32,000 nucleotides of DNA from Candidatus Saccharimonadota bacterium (GCA_039920285.1 JBDSDX010000001.1:90001-122000); one strand, 5' to 3'; positions 1 through 7,774 are shown, counted from the first letter of the stretch. Notes: generated by a model from the letters alone, not told the origin. Program-made: numbers and translations.

Positions 1-51
1 CAAACGCTAGCCCTACGACGTTGTAGTATTGTACTACGCTAGATATAGCGC

Positions 52-1227
52 TTAGGATAAGAGGTTATCAAGAGATGTACCAGGGGCGTATAACTCAAGC
101 GGCGCATTGTCCATGCCCCATGCTTGCTGCACAGGTGCGACAATTTCCCATGACCTGAGGACTTCTGGGCCAGTGGTAAAGATGGCTTTTCGACCATTAA
201 TGGCTTCGACAAGCACACGTTCGTAGGCATCGGCCAAACGACCTTCGATCGGTGTTTTTCCTTCTTCAAAAGTGTCGCTTGAACCATCTCTATACGAAAC
301 AGTAACATATGAACGCTTTTCATCCAGCGCCTTACCGGTACTGAGTCGCAGCGGCACGCCTTCCCATCGTTCGTCATCACTAAAGAGTTCGATACTCGCG
401 AAGGTTTCAGTCAAGCTTCCCTTGTTCTCTACTTCGGCCTGATAGCCTTCGTACTGACCGCGCCTGGCAAGATCAGCATTAGCAGGCATCAGAGCCTCCA
501 ATGCTTTCAGACGGTACTGTGCGAGCTTCTCAAGGTCAAGATCGGTAGGGATCTCCATAAGAACGAGTGAGAGAAGCTGCATTAAGTGACCTTGGATGAA
601 ATCACGCAAGGCACCGGTCTCTTCATAGAAAGTTCCACGACCCTCGACACCAATTTTTTCACTTGCAACGACTTCAATCGCCGCGACAGTTTCACTATCC
701 CATGCATGGTGGTGATTTTCTGCATTAGCACGCAGCTTCAAGAGGTACTGAGTCACCTCTTTCGCCATATAATGATCGATACGATAGAGCTGTTCTTCTG
801 CAAAATAGTGACCAGTACGCTCTAAGAAATCTTGGGCAGAAACCAAGTCAAAGCCGAATGGCTTTTCAAATAAAATCTTTACATTTGGTGTGTTCACGCC
901 CGCTTGACCAAGAAAATCAACGATATCTGCTGCGGCACTAGGTGGCACAGACAAATATATAAGTGCTTGTTCATCGGACTGTAGTGCTAAATAATCACTC
1001 AGTCCGCGGTAATCCCCCGCTTCGGCTAAATTCATAGTGTGCACAGAAGTGCGATCAAGTAACACACTGTCGCCCAAAAGTTCTTTGACGTCGACTTCAC
1101 GACGAGACACACCGACAATCGACAAATCATCATAATCGCCAGTATTGGCAATCTCTGTCAGCGCCGGCAAAAGCTTCCGACGACTCAAATCACCGGTAAT
1201 GCCAAAGATAACGAGTTTTGTTTTCAT
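52..1227 (-). CDS. zwf: glucose-6-phosphate 1-dehydrogenase (short form, ~391 aa)
   Basis: Carries G6PD signatures: NADP loop KLVIFGITGDLSRRKLLPAL, EKPFG, and active-site RIDHYMAKE (consensus RIDHYLGKE). I moved the start to the ATG at 1227 (MKTKLVIFG...), because the track start at 1311 would overlap the upstream CYTH gene by 77 nt. A TATAAT lies 6 nt upstream of this ATG. The family is usually ~480-510 aa, so this copy is short. Confidence 0.85.
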   Translation of the reverse strand: MKTKLVIFGITGDLSRRKLLPALTEIANTGDYDDLSIVGVSRREVDVKELLGDSVLLDRTSVHTMNLAEAGDYRGLSDYLALQSDEQALIYLSVPPSAAADIVDFLGQAGVNTPNVKILFEKPFGFDLVSAQDFLERTGHYFAEEQLYRIDHYMAKEVTQYLLKLRANAENHHHAWDSETVAAIEVVASEKIGVEGRGTFYEETGALRDFIQGHLMQLLSLVLMEIPTDLDLEKLAQYRLKALEALMPANADLARRGQYEGYQAEVENKGSLTETFASIELFSDDERWEGVPLRLSTGKALDEKRSYVTVSYRDGSSDTFEEGKTPIEGRLADAYERVLVEAINGRKAIFTTGPEVLRSWEIVAPVQQAWGMDNAPLELYAPGTSLDNLLS

Positions 1228-1233
1228 ACCGTT

Positions 1234-1239
1234 ATTATA
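1234..1239 (-). promoter_or_regulatory. -10 hexamer TATAAT 6 nt upstream of the zwf ATG (putative leaderless promoter inside the CYTH 3' end)
   Basis: The minus strand reads gTATAATaacggtATG. No SD is present and I saw no clear -35. Confidence 0.4.
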
Positions 1240-1828
1240 CGCTTTTACCGAAGTGTTCAGGGACAGGATCATCAAAACGGACTTCTTTGACATCAATAAC
1301 GCCACGTCCACCTAGTTCTGGATACTGAAGTTTGTAAGCACGATCTACCGAACCAAAGACGGCATCATCCCATGAAAAACCGAGTTCAGCAGAGACTTCT
1401 CGAACGCGGGCTTCACTTGGGCCCTCTACTTCGATGTATGTCTCAAGCCATGGCCACTCATCGAGAACTACTTCGACGTCACCAACGTTCCAGGTTTCAC
1501 GTTTTGATTCTTGGAATGTTCGGTAGTGTAGTCCGGCTTCACCGAAAATAGCAACCGCTTCGTCGAAATCACTGACGACAATTTCGCGTTCTTCAGCACC
1601 GGTAAGAGATTCGTTTTTGAACTCTTTAAACGTCACTGTTACCTGGTGACCTTCGTCACGAATTCGAATGAAGGCGTCGCGACCAGCTTTATTGATAAAG
1701 TCTGGTTCGATGAGCACTCGGCGCATCAGTCGCATCGGCTGGTCACAGACACCGCCGATCGCTTCGAGTTTTGTCCGAACATCATCGTGATCGACGTGGA
1801 GAAACTTAACCTCAATTTCAGTCTTCAT
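1235..1828 (-). CDS. CYTH-domain protein (CyaB/ThTPase-type triphosphate tunnel metalloenzyme)
   Basis: The N-terminal MKTEIEVKF carries the ExExK CYTH signature. The ~197 aa size is typical. SD GGAG lies 7 nt upstream of the ATG. Confidence 0.72.
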   Translation of the reverse strand: MKTEIEVKFLHVDHDDVRTKLEAIGGVCDQPMRLMRRVLIEPDFINKAGRDAFIRIRDEGHQVTVTFKEFKNESLTGAEEREIVVSDFDEAVAIFGEAGLHYRTFQESKRETWNVGDVEVVLDEWPWLETYIEVEGPSEARVREVSAELGFSWDDAVFGSVDRAYKLQYPELGGRGVIDVKEVRFDDPVPEHFGKSV

Positions 1829-1858
1829 GAGTAACTCCTCTATTCAAAGAGTTAGTTG

Positions 1859-2842
1859 TTATTTTGCACCAGAATTTACTTCGTAGCTGGTATTGGTCGC
1901 TTCAAAGAAATTAACCAACTGCAATGTATCGTTAGCGCCTGCCATCCACTTCGCAGGGTTCGAAACCTTGTAATGTGCTTCGAAACCGAGCTCTTCAAGA
2001 CGACGATCAGCCAGATACTTCACATATTGGTTGATGTAATCAGCATTCAGGCCCAAGATACCGTTTGGCAGCAAGTCCTTGTTGTAGGCTTCTTCCATTT
2101 CAACACCATCGAGAATCATTTGTTTGATTTCAGTAGCAAATTCATCAGTCTGCAGGTCTTCATTCTCTTCAAGAACGGTCAAAATAAGGTTAATGCCGAA
2201 CTTGAGGTGAAGACTCTCGTCACGAACGACCCAGTCGATCAAGCTAGCAAAGTTACGAAGCAGGTTTCGTTGACGGAAACTGAGCGCAACCATGAAACCA
2301 CTGTAGAACCAGATGCCTTCGAGGATAACGTTGTACGCAACAAGGTTACGAACGAAATCTTTTTTACCTTCAGTTGTCGTAATATCGAGCGTTTGCTCGG
2401 TCATTCGCTTAATATACTTAGTTTCAAAGTCTTCCTTACGTGCCATTGAAGGAGTTTCAACGTGTGCAGCATAGGCCTCTTCACGATCAATCGGGAATGT
2501 CTCAAGAACATATTCGAAACTCATACAGTGATTGGCTTCTTCCCACATTTGTTTTGCCAAATAGAGGTGACACTCAGCAGCATTCACATATGGGTAGACG
2601 CCGAAAGCCAGGGCTTTGTTAACCAAAAGTTCGTTCGGGTTGAAATAGCTCATCAGGAACGTCACCGCGTGGCGTTCTTCTTCGCTCATCTTCTTCCAGT
2701 CAGACAAATCTTGTCCAAGTTGGATTTCATTTGGAAACCAGGTATTCGCCACTGCTTGATTATAAAGATCCATTGCCCACTTGTATTTTACGGGTTTGAG
2801 CAAAAGCCCGTCTTGAATTCCGGTTCCTAAGATTCCTGACAT
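1859..2842 (-). CDS. nrdB: ribonucleotide reductase small (beta/R2) subunit, class Ic-like
   Basis: Ferritin-like R2 with two ExxH metal motifs (EEANH, RDESLH), LEGIWFYSGF, and a C-terminal ...NTSYEVNSGAK tail. Strong SD AGGAG lies 5 nt upstream of the ATG. Phe occupies the position of the radical Tyr (see findings). Confidence 0.92.
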   Translation of the reverse strand: MSGILGTGIQDGLLLKPVKYKWAMDLYNQAVANTWFPNEIQLGQDLSDWKKMSEEERHAVTFLMSYFNPNELLVNKALAFGVYPYVNAAECHLYLAKQMWEEANHCMSFEYVLETFPIDREEAYAAHVETPSMARKEDFETKYIKRMTEQTLDITTTEGKKDFVRNLVAYNVILEGIWFYSGFMVALSFRQRNLLRNFASLIDWVVRDESLHLKFGINLILTVLEENEDLQTDEFATEIKQMILDGVEMEEAYNKDLLPNGILGLNADYINQYVKYLADRRLEELGFEAHYKVSNPAKWMAGANDTLQLVNFFEATNTSYEVNSGAK

Positions 2843-2863
2843 TGTATTCTCCTAAAGATTAAA

Positions 2864-3037
2864 TTACTGGCAACCTTCACACATGGTGAGATCTGCTGGA
2901 TCGAGTGGTGCGGCGGTGAAACCTTGGTTTCGTGCGTCGTCGTTTGCTTGCGCTTGAGCATTAGCCATCGCTGCGTCGATTGCGGCTAGTTTTTCGTCGA
3001 GTGACATTGTGTCGTTGATGATTGTTGATGCGTTCAT
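2864..3037 (-). CDS. 57-aa mini-protein with C-terminal CxxC, inside the nrdA-nrdB operon (not in the ORF track, which cuts off at 60 aa)
   Basis: My own translation of the minus strand gives MNASTIINDTMSLDEKLAAIDAAMANAQAQANDDARNQGFTAAPLDPADLTMCEGCQ*. SD-like AAGGGG lies ~8 nt upstream. The ORF starts 63 nt after the nrdA stop and ends 21 nt before the nrdB ATG. Confidence 0.5.
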   Translation of the reverse strand: MNASTIINDTMSLDEKLAAIDAAMANAQAQANDDARNQGFTAAPLDPADLTMCEGCQ

Positions 3038-3100
3038 TGTGTTTACCCCTTATTGATGATGCTGTTATTTAGTGTTTATGTTTACTTCAGTTGTGACTTA

Positions 3101-5506
3101 TCATACGCCGACCTCTTGCTTTTTTGCAAATCCAAATCCTGTCTTTCGAGCTGTTCCGTCGGTCGATTCGGCTTTGTTCACCTTGACGGTGCTTTGTTCA
3201 GCAGTGTGTCGCGGTTTAACGTGGAGGTAATAGGTTGTTTTCAGTCCACGCTTCCATGCAGCCGTGTAGATCTCTACCATTTCGTCAATGTCACGGGTCT
3301 CAAGGTACATGTTACGGCTGATCGCTTGGTCTACCCACTTTTGTGCTCGGGCCGCAACTTCGATGAAGCTGTACGGACTAAGTTGGAAGCTTGTCTTGTA
3401 GACGTCGCGGATTTTTTGTGGAATGGCTTCGATGCCTTGGACATCACCCTGTGCACGAAGAATGTCTTCTTTGACTTGGTCCCACAGGTTAAGTTCTTTC
3501 AAGTCGCGAACAAGATTAGTGTTCACTTCAAGGAACTTACCGTTCAATGTTGCACGAGAGAAAATTTGTGCGAATTGAGGGTCGAGACCAGGGGTCGTGC
3601 CGGCAATGTGTGCAATGTTGGCCGTTGGTGCAATCGCCATCAATGTTGCGTTACGCATACCTTTTTTGACCTTGGCGCGAAGTTTGGTCCAGTCAAGACG
3701 TGACTTACGGTTCACTTCAACTTTTACTTTACGGTCTTCAGCCAATTGGTCGATAGTGTCAAAAGGAAGAACTCCCTTACTCCACCCACTTCCCTTGTAT
3801 GCTGGGTAGCTGCCGTACTTCTTTGCAAGTTCAGCTGATTCATCGATCGCGTTGAAGCTAATGAATTCAGTCAGCTGGTCCATCGTGTCGTAGGCTTCTT
3901 CAGATTCGTAGCTAAAGCCAAGCTTTTCGATGATATCGGTAAAGCCCATCAATCCAAGACCAAGTGCGCGGTTCTGAACGTTACTGTTCATTGCTTCAGG
4001 GATTGGTGTGTTCGTGATATCGACAAGGTTGTCGAGCTGACGAATTGCGCTGCGAGTACTTTCAGCAAGACGATCCCAGTCCCACTTCTTATCAGCGGTC
4101 AAGTGAGCCGAGAGGTTGATACTCACAAGGTTACAAACAGCAGTATTATCAGCGTCTTGTGGCAACGTAATCTCAGTACAGAGGTTCGACAAGTGAATTG
4201 TTGACGTGTTGTTATTGAGCGCACGGACGTTAATGGTATCTTTCCAGGTCAACCATGGGTGGCTTGTCGCTTGAAGTGTAATCAAGATTTGGCGGAATTG
4301 GTCACGGGCCTTCAATTTAATAAAGTCACGCATTTCACCAGCTTCAGCCTTCTTGATATAGCCTTGGTAGGCAGTACTAAATTCTGCACCATAGAGCTCA
4401 GGAAGGTCCTTCACTTCTGATGGGTCAAACAGGTACCAGTCTTGGTCTTTTTGGACACGCTTCATGAATTCATCACTAATAAACACAGCGGTGTTTGCGA
4501 GACGAGTACGAAGGTAAGGATCACCAGAGTTTTGCTTGAGATCGAGGAACTCTGGGAAGTTCATGTGCCAGTTCTCCATGTAGAGAGCGGCTGCACCAGC
4601 TTTTTTACCCTTACGACTGACGGCGAAGAGTGCGGTGTCGATCATCTTCATGAATGGAATAGGGCCTGTTGATTCGGTGTTGGTCGTCTTTACAGGACTC
4701 CCTGCGGCACGAAGCTTGTTCAAGCTGATACCAATACCGCCGGTACCCTTGGCGATGAACATAACATCGCGAATACCTTTGGCGATAGAATCCATGTCGT
4801 CTTGGATCTCAATAAGGAAACAGTTCGATAGTTGCGGGAATGACCCCCCAGCGTTCACACGAGTTGAACCTCCAGGAACATAATCAAGTGCGCTCATATG
4901 TTCGTAGAAATCGAGTGCAGAAGCAGTCGGATCTTCAGCGTTGAAGCTCAAACCCATAGCGATACGCATATGCGTGAACTGTGGAACTTCGAGTGGTTCA
5001 CCAGATTGCTTACGAAGTGCATAACGGTTCTTATTCGTCACAACACCAAGGTATTTACTCAAGTTATCCTTAGAAGGATCAAGCGCCTTTGCAAGCTTCT
5101 TAATATCAAAGATCTTGCTCGTCATACGCTTGTCGAGAAGCCCATCCGCAACACCGTCTTTGAGGTAATCGGCAAACGATGTTTCGTGCAGTTTCTTGAG
5201 TTCCTCTGGGTTTTTGTATTCACCTAAGATCTTGCGGTAAATGTTCTTGAGTAAAAGACGCGTCGCAATAATATCAAAATCAGGATCGTCTTTTACGTTT
5301 TGAAGCGCAGTATGAATGACGGCTTCATTGAGTTGTGTCGTTGTAATGCCATCAAATAGTGTCAATGAAAGTTCTGATGCGACTTGAACTACCTTGCTAA
5401 TTTGGTCAGGAAGGCCCTCACTTGCCTCTACCAATGCCAGGTTGATCGCGTTCGCGTCAAATGGTTCGCGTGTGCCATCGCGTTTTACCACTGTGATTGC
5501 GCTCAT
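3101..5506 (-). CDS. nrdA: ribonucleotide reductase large (alpha/R1) subunit, class I, with N-terminal ATP-cone
   Basis: ATP-cone (VVKRDGTREPFDANAINLAL), active-site motifs SNCF, NLCTEITL and AVCNLVSINL, and the YY dyad (KTTYYLH). 801 aa. SD AGGGGA lies 7 nt upstream. The C-terminal ~45 residues contain no cysteine. Confidence 0.95.
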   Translation of the reverse strand: MSAITVVKRDGTREPFDANAINLALVEASEGLPDQISKVVQVASELSLTLFDGITTTQLNEAVIHTALQNVKDDPDFDIIATRLLLKNIYRKILGEYKNPEELKKLHETSFADYLKDGVADGLLDKRMTSKIFDIKKLAKALDPSKDNLSKYLGVVTNKNRYALRKQSGEPLEVPQFTHMRIAMGLSFNAEDPTASALDFYEHMSALDYVPGGSTRVNAGGSFPQLSNCFLIEIQDDMDSIAKGIRDVMFIAKGTGGIGISLNKLRAAGSPVKTTNTESTGPIPFMKMIDTALFAVSRKGKKAGAAALYMENWHMNFPEFLDLKQNSGDPYLRTRLANTAVFISDEFMKRVQKDQDWYLFDPSEVKDLPELYGAEFSTAYQGYIKKAEAGEMRDFIKLKARDQFRQILITLQATSHPWLTWKDTINVRALNNNTSTIHLSNLCTEITLPQDADNTAVCNLVSINLSAHLTADKKWDWDRLAESTRSAIRQLDNLVDITNTPIPEAMNSNVQNRALGLGLMGFTDIIEKLGFSYESEEAYDTMDQLTEFISFNAIDESAELAKKYGSYPAYKGSGWSKGVLPFDTIDQLAEDRKVKVEVNRKSRLDWTKLRAKVKKGMRNATLMAIAPTANIAHIAGTTPGLDPQFAQIFSRATLNGKFLEVNTNLVRDLKELNLWDQVKEDILRAQGDVQGIEAIPQKIRDVYKTSFQLSPYSFIEVAARAQKWVDQAISRNMYLETRDIDEMVEIYTAAWKRGLKTTYYLHVKPRHTAEQSTVKVNKAESTDGTARKTGFGFAKKQEVGV

Positions 5507-5657
5507 GTACTGTTCCCCTATACTTTTATTATGTTACTGAATGATCTGTTTCAATACGCGCTCACCTCCCCAGGCAAACTCCATTTTTGAGCGAAAATAT
5601 AACATGGATAGAGTATCCGTTTGTTAATAATCTTGCTAAATGTGTATTTTCATGTCA

Positions 5658-5708
5658 GTACTACATATGTAGTGCTTACGTTAGACTATAAGCCCCTACA
5701 TATAGTTT
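5658..5708. promoter_or_regulatory. pair of NrdR-box-like palindromes overlapping the nrdA promoter
   Basis: There is a perfect 14-bp palindrome ACTACATATGTAGT (5660-5673). There is also AAACTATATGTAGGGG (minus strand, 5693-5708), which matches 12/16 of the NrdR consensus acaCwAtATaTwGtgt. The centres are ~33-35 bp apart. Confidence 0.45.
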
Positions 5709-5713
5709 TTCAA
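5685..5713 (-). promoter_or_regulatory. putative nrdA promoter (-35 TTGAAA, 17-nt spacer, -10 TATAGT)
   Basis: The minus strand reads TTGAAAaactatatgtaggggctTATAGT. The -35 is at 5708-5713 and the -10 at 5685-5690. The spacer and the TSS region are covered by palindromic boxes. Confidence 0.45.
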
Positions 5714-5759
5714 GCGTTTTAACGGGTTTTTTTGACCACAAGCAGTATCAGGAGAATTT

Positions 5760-5807
5760 AACACCTTGTGGTGTGGTGTTTGTTATTTACAACGCTATAT
5801 GTGGTGT
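5760..5807. promoter_or_regulatory. second pair of NrdR-box-like elements
   Basis: ACGCTATATGTGGTGT (5792-5807) matches 13/16 of the NrdR consensus. ACACCTTGTGGTGT (5761-5774) is a 14-mer, 2 nt shorter than the consensus. The centres are 32 bp apart, directly after the stop of the upstream gene. Confidence 0.35.
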
Positions 5808-5830
5808 CTAACTATTCGAGAACGTGTACT

Positions 5831-6760
5831 CTACTTGCTCGGGATGTACTCATTCATAGCTACGCCAAGATCCCAATACTTACTAAAGACCTCAACCAGC
5901 TTGCCTGCATTTGAAGACTGACTGATCTCCGAATTATTACCCGATAGCAGGGTGTTCACGTCCGGCACGTTCCACGCCATGTTGTTGCCTATAATCCAGC
6001 GGTCATGAGTATCGCGAATCTGTGTGGAATCGATAAATCGCCATTCAAGTTCGATGCCTCGGCTCTGCAACTCTGTTTTGAGAGCCAGGTACCGTGCCTT
6101 TGGTTTCCTACCGAGCGAAGCAGGCATCGGAATCGACAGGATATGAACTCGGCCAATCTTGTTACCATCGGCGGCTTCCCAAATTGACTCCAACCCGGCT
6201 GGAATGAAGTTCTTATCGAGCCAAAATACGAAACCGCGTAGCTCTCTTAGTGCCCGTTTCAGCCATACACCATTCGAAAAGGGTGTGTCTCGACTAATAA
6301 ACATCGACGAAGGTACTGTGCCGTCTTCAATTGGAGATTCGATTACGTCTATCGATCCGCGCACATAGCGAATGAGCCCAAATCGAGCCATAAGAGTAAG
6401 TAGACTTCCAAGAGTCCGGGCATTGAGACCCATATCGAGCTCATGAAATCTGAGCGCTGCCTCGGCCGAATCTTTATCCGCACCCTGAACACCAAACTGA
6501 TGTTGAAGGATCGCTTGGACAGGACGGTTGGTGAGAAGGGCGTCGCGCACAATTTGATCCGCATCATCTTCCAACCGACGAATGAACTGTGCTTGGAAGT
6601 AGGCAGAACCTGTCGCTGTCAACAGTCCTGATTCATCGATCAAACCAATATCGACAAGAAACGAATTAGCGCCGGCATCAGGAAGATTGCGTAGGCCACT
6701 ACTACCAAGTGCCTCTTGATAGCTGTCCCAAGATCTATTCGGAAACACCGTTGCTATCAT
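5831..6760 (-). CDS. hypothetical protein; winged-helix-like N-terminal segments plus a C-terminal PLD/MIT_C-like module with an HDR motif (tentative)
   Basis: 309-aa ORF whose start overlaps the upstream ORF by 26 nt. The C-terminus reads FVFWLDKNF...RVHILSIP...GIELEWRFIDSTQIRDTHDRWIIGNNMAWNVP, which resembles the HDRxI...W core of MIT_C-type PLD-fold domains. The N-terminal half has LxxxGLI...G-type wHTH-like segments. I could not assign a family with certainty. Confidence 0.6.
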   Translation of the reverse strand: MIATVFPNRSWDSYQEALGSSGLRNLPDAGANSFLVDIGLIDESGLLTATGSAYFQAQFIRRLEDDADQIVRDALLTNRPVQAILQHQFGVQGADKDSAEAALRFHELDMGLNARTLGSLLTLMARFGLIRYVRGSIDVIESPIEDGTVPSSMFISRDTPFSNGVWLKRALRELRGFVFWLDKNFIPAGLESIWEAADGNKIGRVHILSIPMPASLGRKPKARYLALKTELQSRGIELEWRFIDSTQIRDTHDRWIIGNNMAWNVPDVNTLLSGNNSEISQSSNAGKLVEVFSKYWDLGVAMNEYIPSK

Positions 6761-7529
6761 CCTTTGGTCCCAGCACTTGAATCAGCTCCTGAACAGACCC
6801 GATTACTTTTGGCAGCTGCTGGAAAACCTCGAGTGAGAGCGGAGAAGTCGACTCGATAACTAGATGCACTTTCCCATTTGCGTGATCCCAAGACTGCTGC
6901 ATTACTGGAGCAGTAAATGACTGTGCCGCAGAAACCGGTTGAGTTGAGGTAGATGGAGTGCGTGCGACTTGACCTTCCTTTGTATCACCCGTCTCCCTAT
7001 TAACGGCCATCGGTTTCAGAACGACTTTGTCTTTTCCAATAGCTTCTGCAAGCTCGACAGAAATCGCGCTCGTAACGAAGGACTTGATGAAGGCAGTTTT
7101 CGATGGAATACCCACCCCATAAGTGTGCACTGCCGAGTTAGCCATGTTGTTACGAATTAGCTCTACATTCTTCGCGCTGTCCTTATAGAAGGTGCCGAAG
7201 AGATCGAAACCTAGAAAGGCGTCACGAAGTGCTTGCTGTTCTTCCTCGTCACTTTGGGGGAGCGCAATCGTCATCGCCAGATCAGTAAGACTCAAGTCAC
7301 CAGTCTTGGTGACGAAGCCCCAATCACGGAGCGCAGATAATTTAGCTCGAAACGCACCGCTGTTCGGTGTAGAGTGATTTGCGTAGCTGGCTAAGGAGTC
7401 AAGCGTGAGACTGCGCGAAACCTGTCCGGCCGATTTTACGATCTTTACTGCTTCAGGCAACGAGAGCCCAGGAAATCCCTTTCCTCGGGTTGATTTGATT
7501 TGTGGAGTTGTGTTTTCACTTTTTTCCAT
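6735..7529 (-). CDS. hypothetical protein, probable winged-helix N-terminal domain
   Basis: 264-aa ORF with SD GAGGAAA ~9 nt upstream. The N-terminus, GLSLPEAVKIVKSAG...FRAKLSALRDWGFVTKTGD-LSLTDLA, looks like a wHTH. A Ser/Thr/Pro-rich linker is followed by a small C-terminal domain. I recognised no family. Confidence 0.6.
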   Translation of the reverse strand: MEKSENTTPQIKSTRGKGFPGLSLPEAVKIVKSAGQVSRSLTLDSLASYANHSTPNSGAFRAKLSALRDWGFVTKTGDLSLTDLAMTIALPQSDEEEQQALRDAFLGFDLFGTFYKDSAKNVELIRNNMANSAVHTYGVGIPSKTAFIKSFVTSAISVELAEAIGKDKVVLKPMAVNRETGDTKEGQVARTPSTSTQPVSAAQSFTAPVMQQSWDHANGKVHLVIESTSPLSLEVFQQLPKVIGSVQELIQVLGPKDDSNGVSE

Positions 7530-7565
7530 TTTGTAATTTTCCTCATTTATTTTGAATTTACCTCC

Positions 7566-7594
7566 ATTTAATCACATAAATGAACAAAAATCAA
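7566..7594 (-). promoter_or_regulatory. putative promoter of the 7529-5831 cassette (-35 TTGATT, 17 nt, -10 TTAAAT)
   Basis: The minus strand reads TTGATTtttgttcatttatgtgaTTAAAT, ~35 nt upstream of the ATG, inside an AT-rich spacer. Confidence 0.35.
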
Positions 7595-7774
7595 TAATAT
7601 TTTGAGTTTAATACAGGCTGTTTGGAATTTTGAATAAATAGCCCATGAAAAAACAATAGGCAAATTGAACCAGGAAGATTTTTAGCCGCACAAACACGAG
7701 TTAGCCGCCATGTTTTGCCTTCTTTACTTCGTTATAACCTAGTAAACACAATATATACTCAAATTAACAGTAGT

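Noticed and set aside
52-1227. The possibility that the short zwf (391 aa) is a truncated pseudogene.
   Set aside because: The NADP loop, EKPFG, RIDHYxxKE and a normal-looking C-terminus are all present in one uninterrupted frame. The shortness looks like lineage-specific streamlining rather than decay.
3053-5590. Several plus-strand ORFs of 68-216 aa (3053-3703, 3597-3809, 4442-4672, 4635-4883, 4898-5227, 5384-5590).
   Set aside because: All are antisense shadows of the well-supported nrdA gene or its flanks. Their sequences are low-complexity or Cys/Phe-rich, none has an RBS, and no motif is recognisable.
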